DNA of 63,000 bases, filler included, from Nemertoderma westbladi (GCA_032718475.1; 3 parts of 3 records of this genome joined end to end with filler, not necessarily neighbours in it); one strand, 5' to 3'; shown: positions 26,119 to 39,778, counted from the whole stretch's first letter. The notes: generated by a model not told the origin, from the letters alone. A program made the numbers and translations.

Positions 26119-27267
26119 TTATGATCGTTCAATATTATTTAAAAGGTAACTACATGTGTTCTCACAGTCAGTCAAGTTCTGACAGTTAGCTGGTGTCTTG
26201 ATCGTTGGGGGCGCCTCATCTTCTGCAAGAATGTAGTCTCCAGCCAACTCCATAGAGCGAATGCAAGTTGGGTTTGAACTGGTAAATATGTTCAGTAGAT
26301 TGATATCATGATCACTAACAGTTTCTATATAGTTCGGTACGTCAAGGTATAACAAATCTGGTTTACCTCCCGGTGATATCAAACTACTAGTGCGAATTCT
26401 GTGGCTATTCCATCGTTGCTTTATAAGATTCAAGACACGCTGTAAGTAGTTCATATAAGTGAAGCGTACAACCTGCACATGAAGTTCGTCGTCGAAGTTA
26501 ATGACACCGTTTATTGCTAACTCGTTAAAGTGTGTTAACCATTCCGACATTCCCAAAACTGGGAATTTGGACCACCAGGCCTCAATTCTTTGATTCCTCG
26601 AACTCTTCCCCTGGATATATGCGCATCCTGCAGTACTTCTTATCCTGCAGAACTTCTGAATGATTTCTATGTTCACATTCTCTGTGCCACGATCTGTACG
26701 TACTATATGTGGGACGCCGCCAATATCTTTTATTGTTTCTAGGAAGTAACCGGCCACTACAAAGGGGTCGTTATTAGTACTCGAACACTTAAGCCATAAT
26801 ATACGTCTACTGTAACCGTCGATTGCTCCATGAACAGCAAATCCAAATGGTTTTAATTTGTCCCACCCATCAACGTGCATGAGAAAGTTGGGACCCTTCG
26901 CCTGGTAAGTCCTGCGAACTAGTTTCCTAGAAATTCTAGTCTGTAAAGCTTCAGGATTGAAAATCTCCAATAAACTAGCGATGAGTTTTCGAGGGACGAA
27001 TAATTTATGTTCAGTCATTAATATTTGCTGGAGTTGTCTGTATCCACATGTAGGACGACTATTGGCTTCCTCCTCTATAATTGAAAGTGTTTGTTCGAAT
27101 TGTTGAACATTTAGACGTCGTGATAGACCAAGGTTATGTACATATCGCCGAATAGTTCTATGAGATCGTATTATACTGTACTTTTCAAACAGCAATCGTG
27201 TGATCTCTTTATATGTGAAGCCATCCCAGAAAAAGTTTTGTATGACAGAGTGAATATCCAAATCCAT
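26119..27267 (-). CDS. DDE transposase/integrase core (IS3EU-type) with N-terminal HTH
   Basis: GPNFLMHVDGWDKLKPFGFAVHGAIDGYSRRILWL, VRTDRGTEN, SSRNQRIEAWW give the D-D-E triad. Confidence 0.9.
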   Translation of the reverse strand: MDLDIHSVIQNFFWDGFTYKEITRLLFEKYSIIRSHRTIRRYVHNLGLSRRLNVQQFEQTLSIIEEEANSRPTCGYRQLQQILMTEHKLFVPRKLIASLLEIFNPEALQTRISRKLVRRTYQAKGPNFLMHVDGWDKLKPFGFAVHGAIDGYSRRILWLKCSSTNNDPFVVAGYFLETIKDIGGVPHIVRTDRGTENVNIEIIQKFCRIRSTAGCAYIQGKSSRNQRIEAWWSKFPVLGMSEWLTHFNELAINGVINFDDELHVQVVRFTYMNYLQRVLNLIKQRWNSHRIRTSSLISPGGKPDLLYLDVPNYIETVSDHDINLLNIFTSSNPTCIRSMELAGDYILAEDEAPPTIKTPANCQNLTDCENTCSYLLNNIERS

Positions 27268-27404
27268 AAAAATTGCTAGTACTAAACACCTACACTATGA
27301 TGCTAGACAGGAACATTACAATGTAAAAACATTTAAAAAACAAAATAATTTATTGATTTACAACAAAAGATGCGAATTATTTTAAGCATTTAAATGTACC
27401 CTGT

Positions 27405-27910
27405 AATTTCACCCGGGTAATAAATGTTTTTCACCTGGGTGATAAATGTTTTTCACCCGGGTGATAAATGTTTTTCACCCGGGTGATAAATGTTTTTCAC
27501 CCGGGTGATAAATGTTTTTCACCCGGGTGATAAATGTTTTTCACCCGGGTGATAAATGTTTTTCACCCGGGTGGTAAATGTTTTTCACCCGGGTGATAAA
27601 TGTTTTTCACCCGGGTGATAAATGTTTTTCACCCGGGTGATAAATGTTTTTCACCCGGGTGATAAATGTTTTTCACCCGGGTGATAAATGTTTTTCACCC
27701 GGGTGATAAATGTTTTTCACCCGGGTGATAAATGTTTTTCACCCGGGTGATAAATGTTTTTCACCCGGGTGATAAATGTTTTTCACCCGGGTGATAAATG
27801 TTTTTCACCCGGGTGATAAATGTTTTTCACCCGGGTGATAAATGTTTTTCACCCGGGTGATAAATGTTTTTCACCCGGGTGATAAATGTTTTTCACCCGG
27901 GTGATAAACA
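27405..27910. repeat. Right subterminal array, 23 x 22 bp, inverted relative to left
   Basis: Unit tgtttttcacccgggtgataaa. Confidence 0.95.
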
Positions 27911-28944
27911 TTAAAAAAATTGAAATAATTGGCCGCAATCAGCCACCGTAAATACCGGTATACCAATTATTTTAAATAATTGAATTTCTGAATTTTAGGG
28001 TTACTTGGTTACTTTACTTACTTTATTACCGTTATTTGAGCAGTAGTCCAACTGATATTGAGACCTAATGGGTGTATGGCAGGCCTACTATTTATAAATC
28101 GTTTGAGTTGATTTATAATATATATATACCCGTTGAAATGGGTTTTTGTCAATGTTTGAAATAAATGTTATTATTTCTGGGGAGTAATCACTACACAAAG
28201 CGGTGCGCTTTCAGTGAAGTGTTACTTATAGGACACTAAAACAAATAATGCTAATTTACCTAAGTTACTTAATACTACAAATTACGTACAATTCGGGTGA
28301 GATTACAATCTCTAAATAAACACAAAAATTTACAAAAACACAAAATACAAATTTTCAGGGTAATTTTACAAGAAGTCTACAAACCAGCCTAACAAAGGGT
28401 TAGAATCTGGTTATTACAACGGACAGGGTACTGCGGTATTTGAAAATAATACGTAGTAGTAAATACACTGCGTTGTCCAGATAGGAAAATACCACCGCCT
28501 GACGACCTATAGCCGTATCGCTATAGGTACTACGTTATGTATCACGGAGTGTTCCTACCTAGAAGTTAATAGAGCTAATCGAACGTGCCTATCAACCACT
28601 TTACAACACAAATATAATGCCTATACTAATTACTTTCGGAAAGCACTGTACACTAAACCCTAAATTAGGTACGAGTACTTGTACAACATATAATCGGTAG
28701 TTAAATATACTTGAACAGCTAAAAGAACCACGGCATCTGCTGGAGTGACCGGTGCACAAAATCACCAGTCTTTACCTACGCCAAGCAGCCCGTGTAGTAC
28801 CGGGGTTAATTTAACTATAGCGGTATGTATAACAAACACAATTATTGTAGGAACAAACTTGGGGAATGAATGTTGCGAATAATCGCATAAACTCTGAATA
28901 ATAAATATTACACTACGCGTACAAACCACTCAAACAAAATGCAG

Positions 28945-29475
28945 ACCAAATACTGACAGACTACTATCAAGCCTAAATAAACTACAGGACATGCAGACTC
29001 CGAAATGGTTAGGTAGTACGCGTTCTAACCCAGTAGTACGACTTATTCTTTAGATGGGGGTTTACCTTACAGCATTGGCTGCCCCTACTTCCTAACCGTT
29101 CTTTATCGGACAGAGGCTCTACACACACTGCAATCCGTTCAGACCTAATAACAGCCAGACAACTATCCAGCCTACAAATTATCTAAATAAATATTATACG
29201 CTACCTGTACAGACTACACAAACAAAGTACAGACTAAACGATGGCAGACTACTCTCAAGCCTAAATAAACTACAGGACATGCAGACTCCGAAATGATTAG
29301 GTAGTATGCGTTCTAACCCAGTAGTACGACTTATTCTTTAGTTGGGGGTTTACCTTACAGCATTGGCTGCCCCTACTTCCTAACCGTTCTTTATCGGACA
29401 GGTGATCTACACACACTGCAATCCGTTCGGACTTAACAGCAATCAGACAACAGCCCAGCCTACAAATTGTCTGTA
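28945..29475. repeat. ~288-bp tandem duplication
   Basis: actacaggacatgcagactccgaaatg at 28981 and 29269, with collinear flanks. Confidence 0.85.
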
Positions 29476-29575
29476 CAATATGATCAGGCTTACACGCCTT
29501 CTGTTCAATACTGGCCTACAAATAAATAAAACTGACAGAAATAAGTAAGCTCCAAAAGAAACAAGGGGTGTACAG

Positions 29576-32327
29576 TAGGGTGTTACAAAAATCACTTTTT
29601 TGCCCCAATTGCTTGGAAACTTCGACATTTTTTGCCATTTTAATGTAGAAGTACAATGCAAAAAACCGTTTTGAAAAATATTTAGTGGAAGAGGTATCAC
29701 ACGAGTCACAAAATCTGAGAAATTTAACAAAATATAGCAGTTTTAATTTACCGATAAATCTAGCGATAGATGATTGCAATGATCTGAAACTCATGTTATG
29801 TAATGCATTTATCATGGGCTTTCCAATAACGTTTTTGGCATTGTGAAATTGACAAGATCAGATGTGTCACATTGAGTTTGAAAAATTGAATTTTTTTTAA
29901 AAATCTAAGAAATTTAACAAAATATAGCAGTTTTAATTTACCGATAAATCTAGCGATAGATGATTGCAATGATCTGAAACTCATGTTATGTAATGCATTT
30001 ATCATTTCTACAATTTCAAAATTGAAGATCAAAATGTATGAAAACTGAGTGTGTTCCTCTCCTTACCAGTACTATGTACTTATACTACTACTACTTCATC
30101 TACTACTAAGTTACTCCATGACCCTTTTGTTTTGCTTCATTCATAAAGGCCATGCAACAAAGTACTGAAGTAGGGCAGTAAGGTGTGTTACTACAACAAC
30201 AACAGTACAATAATATTAAATTGCAGCATTTGCACAATTACATATATTTTAAAATTACAAATTTAATAATAGGTGATTTTGTTAAATTCGTACAGTTAAA
30301 CCGATCCGGTAGGCCACTACCAATTTTTGGATGGAAAACTGCCAATGTCGGAAGACTGCTAAAGTCGGTAGGCTGGAAGGCAGTCGGTAAGCCCGACTCA
30401 ATGTGAGCAGACAATGAAGAGAACAAACATTTGGCTCATCAACGCGACATCACCAGGAAGAAACTTGAGATGGAACAACGCAAGGAGGCATTAATTCTAG
30501 AACAACAAAGACAGTTGGCTGCGGCCAAACCGCAACAGAAGGCCTATGAATTGGAGGATCGACAGCAACGGACTGCTCAAGAACTCGAGCTCAAGAACTA
30601 ATCAGCAGCCTGAACCATCGATTGTGCGCTTCAACGAGATACATGGAGCCGACACCATAGAAGCACATCAACATTATGCGCAATAAATCTATAGACTGGT
30701 TGCCAAGGATTGGGTGGACCCAGTGGATGCAGGGACTCCTGGAAACCAGGTAAGTCACCCCGGAGGTTGCCATGAGCCCGAACCTAGACACCAATTAGAA
30801 CCAACCACACCTCAGGTAACACTCTTTGTCTTGAATCCCATACGACCTCAAGTAGAGTCTCGATAAAGATTTGTGATTAACGAAGGTGATCAAGCCGAGT
30901 GGGATGGAGCTCGAGACAGTGAGCGGTTTAATCCAAGTCCTACTCCAGGTAAACCCAACATCCATATGTATCAATTAAATGTAGCAATTAGGGAAGGTAA
31001 TAAGGAGGTGTGGGATGAAGTCATCCATAGAAAAAGGTAAAGTCCAACATATTCAGTCACAAGTCCATCAGGTGCAGGGACAAGTTCAAACTGTATGTGG
31101 TGTTGTGCAAGAAGTGCAGCAAAGAATTCAGTACGTCAAAGTTCAGGTGGATAAGGAGTTCGACCATGTTAGGTGTAATATCCCTGAGGTCAATGACAAT
31201 GTAGAACGAGATCAACATGAGAATGAAAAGCTTAGAGTACAGGAACAACAGTACCAACGTCCTGAAGACCATCCCAAGTTTAAACCACGAATGCCCAGTT
31301 ATAAATATTCAGGCAGACTCAGAGTTTGAGACTGACTATAGATCACCAGTCAGTGAGAAGGTAACCTATCACGGGACGAATTCGCGTACTCGTCCACAGG
31401 TAAGTTATCCTACTCATCAGTTGAACCGATTCCAACTTATGTCCATCAACGGGTAGGAAGGGAAGACAATACTATGGTCAACTCAATCACAGTGGAGTTT
31501 TCTAAGTTCAGTCCGAGACACAGTCTTCCACCATTACATCCTCCGCACTTCACTGGTTTATCTAAACATTGGAGAACCTTCATCAACTATATCAAGACTA
31601 ATGTCGCTCAACAGGATTTCTCACCGACTGAGAAATTCAACTACTTATACCAACAGTTGAGAGGTCAACTGAAGGAATTGGTAAGTACGTTTATAGGTGA
31701 TGAGAATGCCTCTGAGGAGGCTTATGACAGGTTAGTTACTGTGTATCGCGGCAATGTAAAGATGGCCAGGTCAGTAATAGTTGAACTAACTCAAGGGGGA
31801 CCAGCACATTCCCATATAGAATTAGTTAAGTTTTCAAACTCAATTTGACACATCTGATCTTGTCAATTTCACATTGCCAAAAACGTTATTGGAAAGCCCA
31901 TGATAAATGCATTACATAACATGAGTTTCAGATCATTGCAATCATCTATCGCTAGATTTATCGGTAAATTAAAACTGCTATATTTTGTTAAATTTCTTAT
32001 ATTTTTTAAAAAAATTCAATTTTTCAAACTCAATGTGACACATCTGATCTTGTCAATTTCACAATGCCAAAAACGTTATTGGAAAGCCCATGATAAATGC
32101 ATTACATAACATGAGTTTCAGATCATTGCAATCATCTCTCTAGATTTATCGGTAAATTAAAACTGCTATATTTTGTTAAATTTCTCAGATTTTGTGACTC
32201 GTGTGACACCTCTTCCACTAAATATTTTTCAAAACGGTTTTTTGCATTGTACTTCTACATTAAAATGGCAAAACATGTCGAAGTTTCCAAGCAATTGGGG
32301 CAAAAAAGTGATTTTTGTAACACCCTA
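29576..32327. mobile_element. hAT-type non-autonomous element with long TIRs
   Basis: Ends tagggtgttacaaaaatc.../...gatttttgtaacacccta; 8-bp TSD GTGTACAG (29568-29575, 32328-32335); arms ~430-500 bp, each with a 190-bp internal repeat. Confidence 0.85.
30400..31830 (+). pseudogene. Degenerate BEL/Pao gag (DUF1759-like) fragment
   Basis: LPPLHPPHFTGLSKHWRTF...EKFNYLYQQLRG...EEAYDRLVTVY at 31474-31830, preceded by broken coiled-coil ORFs. Confidence 0.7.
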
Positions 32328-33974
32328 GTGTACAGTCCCTAATCTCTTAAACAGCCTACCGGTATACAATAATCAAATCGAATAATACTAATGTACTTAT
32401 ACGGGAAGTACCGGTTAGGACAGTTAGGCCTACGGACCTACAGAAGTACCGGTTCTGGCAGTTGGACCTACGGACCTACGGCAGTACCGGTTCTGGCAGT
32501 TGGGCCTACTGACCTACAGATGTACCGTTCAGGTTTACCGGTTGACCGGTACTTTCAACTTTATTGCTTACTGCAATAAAGAAGCTATATCCGTTATTGT
32601 TCGCGCTTTCAGACCTTTGGCAGTTTAACCCGACAAATTAGGATGTCTTCTAGATAATAAATTACTTTTAGCCTCTGACAAATATTTGATTCACTACACT
32701 AGTCGAAACCAATCTGTGCGCGATCATTCACCCGCTGGATATACCCGGGAGATTGGGTTCGACGGCTTAATCTTATTGCTAGGTAAGCCTAATGTATTAT
32801 TCGATTGACAGTATTATATAATCTCTGACAATATTATTCACCTTCGGGGAATATTAACAGTTCCTTTAGGACGTGGCGCTCTATCTATATAAACAGAGTT
32901 ATGACTTAAACTACTCACAACGATATGGATTAGTTATAATTCACATATATGGCGCATTCTTTAGGAAATGCTTCGTTATCAGTCTCACTCATACACAATA
33001 CTGCACAATACTGCACACTAATCTGCCGATCTTCACTGATTTTAGTCACATATAAAAGGAACACAGACAAACTCATGTAGGGTCTATCAAATAACATTAG
33101 ATTCACTTCAAACCACTTTAACATGAGTCACAATCGTTATATGTAACCTTTCTCTCTTACCTTCGGTATATCAAGAATATTGGGTTTCGGGGTTATTTCT
33201 CGTTATTCCAAATATAATAATTCATCAACAAATATAATGAATAACCGACAGCAAAGCAGTAATGTTAAGTTAAGTTGCACAGTATGGGCCAGTTAACCAG
33301 ATTTGTTATGTAGTGCAGTTATGTTATGTTTAGTTTGATAACGGATATATGTCCCTATAATTAAGCCTACTAGTGTTAGGCTAAAACAGAAAAGCACAAA
33401 ATATTCCCAAGCCGCTCTCTCCTGGCTCAGGACAGAATGTAAACACTGCACATAATGCATTGAGTGATTTCTAGGAAATCTCTGTACAAGAGCCATAAAA
33501 ATGCTCTGATTGGCTGACTGAACTGAGAGACGCCGTAGAACAAAGAAAATCGACACATATGAATATCAGCTGTTAACCGCCGTCATAGTAACTACTGTTC
33601 AAGAGTAGCTATCCCCTTTTGCGTCACGGAATTGCCATAGAATCATCAACTATGCCTTCCACAGTACACATACGGAGGAAATAGCTCTTAGATCCTCTAA
33701 AAAACACCGATACAGCAATAATACGGTCTCTTACACCTATTAAATCAACTACAGAGTATTTTAATGTAAAAATTAATAAAAATAACGGGGCAATTCAGCA
33801 AAGGCTTTTACAGTGTTGTCACCTTCATCAGAAAGCGTGAGAAAAGCGTAGAAAGGGATTAAGAACCCAGGAGAGATACTCAAGGACCTTGATTAGTTGC
33901 CTTATGAGAATTACTTCTTGTTGATATCCGTTTGGATTGTGAATTCTTTTTGGTGAGGCTGAGGTTAAGCGGAT

Positions 33975-34118
33975 CTTATCGATGTCTGATATCTTGGCAA
34001 TGTGGATTGGTTTCTTGTTGGGGCCAATCCGGATGAACACTGGACCATTGGATGAGTAGGCCGCAAAGACCCGCTTTGCCTTTTTTATTTTTACTGCCTC
34101 AGCTAATAGTACACCGCG
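33975..34118 (-). pseudogene. CR1/L2-type LINE ORF1 C-terminal fragment
   Basis: LLAEAVKIKKAKRVFAAYSSNGPVFIRIGPNKKPIHIAKISDIDKI resembles the FP-like C-terminus of LINE ORF1. Confidence 0.45.
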
Positions 34119-34599
34119 AGGAACCTTTTAATGGTTAGCTGGACTGTCAGGGCCCTAAACCGATTAGGTTCTCTGTTCGCAGAACACCGAACACTATTCC
34201 GGCCACGGAACTAGTCCAGCAGAATGCCTTTATAGAATCCTGGAATTTGTGGGACGAGAGGATCTCAGCAACTAAGCGAAAACGAACAATAGGATGTTCC
34301 TAGACCCCCCCCCCAAAATTTATCCAGAAGACTTTTCGCCATACATAATGTGTTAAAAAAGTCTACGGTTCTCCAGCTAGGGCCAATTTGAGTCAAAAAG
34401 TCCGCTTCCCTAGCAACCACGTTGCTATGGAGATAAGTCCAGAACCGCTAATGCTACGGACTTGGGACCGGCGCCAAACGATAGGCAGCATATGGGTTTA
34501 CATTCAAATGAAAAAGTTGAGAGTGTTCCGATCATGATCTTGACCATGATCAGCAAAGATCAGTTTTGATCAGCAATCGGACACTCAAGGCTTGCTCCA

Positions 34600-35760
34600 A
34601 TCGAAAAACTTAACATTACAAAAAGATTCAGCGACCCCACATTAGTCATGATTCCCGTTAAAAGATTTTAAAAAAAGTGAATTCTTCCCGGTCAAAACGC
34701 AAGATCATGATCGCGCAAAGATCGGACTTCGTAAAATCGTAACTAAGCATTTTGGATATAAACAATTACTGTAGGAAACGTTCAGAACACCGCCCTGAGT
34801 CGATTAAAAAAAAAATTGGCCCGATCGGACAGCCGGTTCTCGAGATCTGATACCTGATCATTAAAGATGATATTTTTCGGTTTTTTCAACTTTTCTCGAA
34901 AACTTTGTTTGAGACCCCCGATTTTTTTTTTACGAATCGACTTCTATGATGAAGGGGCAACTTTTGAGCATTTCGAAATTTTCAAAAAGCGATTTGATCA
35001 GGCCGCGATCAGAAAAGATCGTGTTTTCGGTTTTATTTTGAAGACCAAGTCCTGGGAGTTCACCGTATGGAAAAACTTAACATCACAAAAAGATTCCTCG
35101 CCCTCGAATTATGGGGGGTAGCCAAAATTTGGGCATAAAAAAGTTCAAGTCTAGTGGGTCAAAACTCAAGATCATGATCGCGAAAAGATCAGTATATTTA
35201 AAATCGAATCTAAGCATTTTTCTAATAAACATCCATTGTAAGAAATGTGCAATGGTCTATTCTGAGTTGATTAAAAAAAAAATTGGCTCGATCGGGCAAC
35301 CAGTTCTCGAGATCAGCTTCCTGATCATAAAAGATCGTGTTTTTCAGTTTTTCCCGATTTTCTCTAAAACTTTGTTTGAGACCCCCGATTTTCTTTTTAC
35401 TAATCGACTTCTATTAAGAAGGGGCAACTTTTGAGCATTTCAAAATTTTCAAAAAGCGATTTGATCAGGCCATGATCAGGAAAGATCATGTTTTCGGTTT
35501 TATTTCGAAGACCAAGTCCTGTGAGTTCACCGTATGAAAAAACTTAACATTACAAAAAGATTCCTCACCCTCGAATTCGGGGGGGTAGCCAAAATTTGAC
35601 CATAAAAAAGTTCAATTCTAGGGGGTCAAAAGATCATGATCGCGAAATGATCAGTTTTTTCGAAATTACTTCTGAGCATTTTGGGGCAAAACTTTCAAAC
35701 TAAAAACATTCACTGGAGTGTTCTAAGTAGATTAAAAAAAATTTCGACTCAATAGGCCTA
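34600..35760. repeat. ~467-bp tandem repeat (~2.5 copies), probably inside a non-autonomous element
   Basis: gagacccccgattttt at 34911 and 35378; aaaaacttaacat.acaaaaagattc occurs three times. Confidence 0.75.
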
Positions 35761-36785
35761 CCGGTACCGGAGATATGGTCGTCCAAAGTCTGCTTCCGGT
35801 AATTCGAAAATATTTCGAAAACCCTTGATCGACTTTTTTCCTTGAAAATATGTGAATGTACAGTTAGTGGACCCGCATCTAACGATATATCACAATCCAT
35901 ATTTCGGATGATAGGTACCGGTGAAATCAGACTTTACCAAAAAAATTCAAATTTTAGCTACTCATGTCTGACTATCTCGAAAACTATAATAGGTATGGAA
36001 ATACTTTCACTGCAAGAAATGTTCGCCTATCCAATGCGCTTCTAACTCTGTGCTCGTATTTTGCATAGTGTCAAAACCTACAACTTAACCCCCCCAGCGG
36101 AGGGAACGGAGTGACCGGAGCGCCAGTACTATCTTTCATTATTATGAAGTAATAAGGGCGGTGGGTGGGGTAGGTGGTGAACACTATTTATAGGGTGGAG
36201 GGTGGGTCTAGTATATTACTTTAGGATATTTGATTTCTTTGCAATACAGTTTAGCTGCCTCAGTCTTATTTGTAATATGTTATACATTATACCAAATTAT
36301 ATCAAGTTTTAACATACTACATTGTCTACCTGTAGGAGAAATATACAATGTAGGGCTCATAATATATTTATAAATAGATTTAGTATATTTACATTGTATA
36401 ACAGAGTTAATTGATACTATTACGGTATTATACTAAAGACGCCGCTTTGATATATCTGATCAAATGGCAATTTCTTGTATATTATCTATTTCACTATCTT
36501 GGGTATATCATTCAATTTCTAAAACTATAATAATAAAAATTTACTTCACTTCTTGTTTACTCGCATGGATATATTGATATAAAACACTTCAGTATAATAT
36601 CTTATAGGGCCAAACGCAGATTAATCGGAATAATATGTTTAATTATTGTTACAATTGGCACATTGAAGTAAGTAGTACATGAGTTTGATAAAATAATTAT
36701 GAATCTGTATCTTATTCTACTTTGTCTATATGATTATGTTATATAATAATGTTACTTTATCACTTTGGTTTAAACCGATCTCCTT

Positions 36786-36850
36786 TACTATTACTTACTA
36801 CTTATACTACTACTACTACTACTATTATTACTACTGCTACTGACTACTAC
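36786..36850. repeat. (TAC)n-like microsatellite
   Basis: Imperfect tactactac run. Confidence 0.7.
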
Positions 36851-38053
36851 AGAGTTATATATTATAAGAGGATGGGGTTCGTGATTATTAGTTATTATAC
36901 AAGTGCCCCTCGGCTATAGAGAGTCCACCCTCGGTTGCTTACTGGATAGACTCCTTTGGGGAATATCTTTGTTGAAATAGAATCTTTGTTGGAATATCAA
37001 GAAACAAGAAGATTGGCAGACGAAACGTATGACAATGGTACGATTTTTTTTCGCGTTCGGGATTCCTAGGTGATGCCACACGTCAATACTGTCATAACAG
37101 ATACCACATTTCGATAAAATCCATTCGATTTTGGCATTATTGGTATTGTGGTCCGATTTGACGAGCCCATGGAGTAGTATGTTGTTACATCTTCCATATT
37201 GTTCGAGCGAGTCACCAGGGTTTTCAGCTCTAAGGGATGCGTTTTTGTGTTAAATATCTGAGTTTTCACGTTTCATATCGGCCAGAGGTTTTAGAAGAGA
37301 ATTGCCATCGGAAGGGTTTAATTTGTTGTTTTAGGTCTCCAAGGCTGTTGCAAATTTGTTTCAGCCATTTTTCAACATTAGCAATTGGCCTTCAATCGGC
37401 CCTGTGGGGTCAGTTTTGAGACCCATGCTCACGTATGCGGTATATAAGTGTTTAGGTCTAAGGGAGTTTGGTGATTAATGAGAATGCAGAAATAACAGAG
37501 ATAGGAGCTTAGCTGTATTTCTTACCAGTACATCAGTTAGTATGTAGGCCATAACAGTAATAAGTCTACCGTAACTGATCGTAACTGAAAGAGTTATATC
37601 AGTATATTATATAGATAGTATATTTTATGATGGTATTTTATTAACGCTTGTGCATGTATTTATATAGATATATCCCCACTGAACACACTGTAGATATGAA
37701 AATCCAGGTACATAATGGCCACATCAGACATCCATGCATTCCTAAGGATTACTGTAATTAGTAGAATATTTATGATATGTATATTACATACGAAAATTGC
37801 ACATAATACAATGTTACTGGGGATGTTACTGGGGTGCATCAGAATCCAGTATTAATTACTGGCTAAATCAGACTAAAATAAAAACAAGAATAAATAATAT
37901 CTCACCCCATCTGTAACCTACTCTTTTACATATCCGAAGCTGTTTTATCAAAACGTAAAACCATACCAAGGATATATGCTAATAATATTATTAATTGTTG
38001 CAATAGTATACAATACAGCAATACAGTATATTATAATTCATCCAAATACCAAC

Positions 38054-38248
38054 CAGGGCATTCAGCAGAACACATTCCCCATTCCACTGAACCAGAAACG
38101 AAATTTCCACCACTGTCAACTTGAGTAGCACACCATGGCTGGTTATTAGGTTGAATTGGACATTTGGAGTACTCTATACCCTTGTAAATGAATGGAAACA
38201 CGCAATTCCAATAGGGTCGTGGCCCTGCCATTGTCTTGCATTCCTCAT
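38054..38248 (-). CDS. Fibronectin type II domain exon
   Basis: CVFPFIYKGIEYSKC...PWCATQVD...WGMCSAEC; attgcag acceptor, gt donor, 195 nt, phase 1-1. Confidence 0.75.
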
Positions 38249-38929
38249 CTGCAATCAGTATAAGAAATATTGACCCATTGCAAACGGTAAGCCACACTAC
38301 ACTGCATGCCCTGGGGAGACAAAAGTGCTGCTTGAAAAAATGTATAGATTCTTGGGTCTTGAAGCGGATGGAGCTAATGGAGCGGAGGCTATGCTGAGCC
38401 TTTACGGAGCCTCCATGTAGGTGAAAATAATTGTGTTTTGCTTATCTGAAATTTATAAGACAGTAAGCATAGGTAGCCAATAGCTTATATGCAAATCAGT
38501 GGGAATTTAGATTAATGAGACAAGAACTGTGGCAGCGGGCATGAACATACCACATGATGATGATAATAGTTTATTTATTTATTTATTCTTTAAGCCACAC
38601 TGGGGAGGCACTACTGAGCTTAATTCTACTATATAGACTACAAACTGCCTTATAGTGAATATGACAAAATAAGGGCAGATTTAACTTACTAAGGGAAAGT
38701 GGGATGTTCCTAGGCTCGTCATCAGTTAGACGAGGTATATTAAAGAACAAACGGGTACAATTATTATATGCTACCCTTATTTTGTCGTAAGCACGTTGTG
38801 ATTAATTCACAACGATAAAACTATACGGAAATACTGCTACATACCAACCAGCACAGCAAAGATCAATCAGAGGTATGTTCTAAAACGTATACCAACCCAT
38901 TCTGAGCTATAACAATGCAATACAGACAG

Positions 38930-39215
38930 AGCTATACCGATTTAAAATAAAAATATACCAGCCTATACCAACCTACACGAACTAACAGCGGCCTAGACCA
39001 AGCTAACACTGGCCTATACCGAGCTGATACCGACCTATACCGAGCTAACACTGACCTACAGAGCTAACAGTGGCCTATACCAAGCAAACACCAGCCTATA
39101 CTGAGCTAACACCGACCTATACTGAGCTAACACCAGCCTAACAGAGCAAACACTGACATATTACCAGATGCAGATGCTTCACAGAACTAACACCGACTTA
39201 TACCGAGCTAACATC
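38930..39215. repeat. Degenerate ~20-bp tandem repeat
   Basis: cctataccgagctaacactg-like units. Confidence 0.7.
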
Positions 39216-39239
39216 GGCCCCAATATGTACATACTACCA

Positions 39240-39778
39240 GTATCGGCATGCTGCATTGCAGCTGCATTTTTAAGAATGCTGTGCCGACTTGTCGACAAAA
39301 TTGCGCCGCCACAACTCCCTATCACCCATGACATTTGCTAGATCATCCGCATCTTCAAGGCCAGTGTCCTTTAAGATGAGTCTCAAGAAAGTCATGGGCT
39401 GTCCACCATGCTTATTCACTCCATGAGGCTGCCAAAGTACAAGATTATGGACTGGCTGGTCCTCACGGCGAAAGCAATGTCCTGCAAAGCGGAGGCGATT
39501 TTGTTCTAGTGTCAAGCTTGGGGGAACCAATGAGACACCTCCAGTGTTATATAGTGTCTGGTTGGAGATGTGTGCATTAGACTTGACACAATGAACCCGG
39601 CGTAGCATTCTTGTGAATGTGCCATCCAGAGATTTGGTGTCCTCAGCAGTTAGAGCCCAGCATGGACTCCCATAGAGGAGTACTGGAACTACTGCTGCTC
39701 TAAATAATCGGACCTTAAGTTTCCGATTAATTCTCGGTGACTTCCAAATCCTGGAAAGCCTATTCAAGGCTGCCCATG
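39240..39778 (-). mobile_element. RTE-clade LINE 3' fragment (post-RT region)
   Basis: WAALNRLSRIWKS...KVRLFRAAVVPVLLYGS...RLRFAGHCFR...DRELWR; homology stops at 39778. Confidence 0.85.

Larger units (their letters stand above)
21802..27950. mobile_element. IS3EU-type DNA transposon, apparently complete
   Basis: TIRs tacggtggctgattgcggccaattatttc.../...gaaataattggccgcaatcagccaccgta; 6-bp TSD AATACC (21796-21801, 27951-27956); two intact convergent ORFs. Confidence 0.9.

Noticed and set aside
21842-27910. CRISPR-like arrays flanking two genes
   Set aside because: Units are head-to-tail with no spacers, form part of TIRs, and there are no cas-like ORFs.
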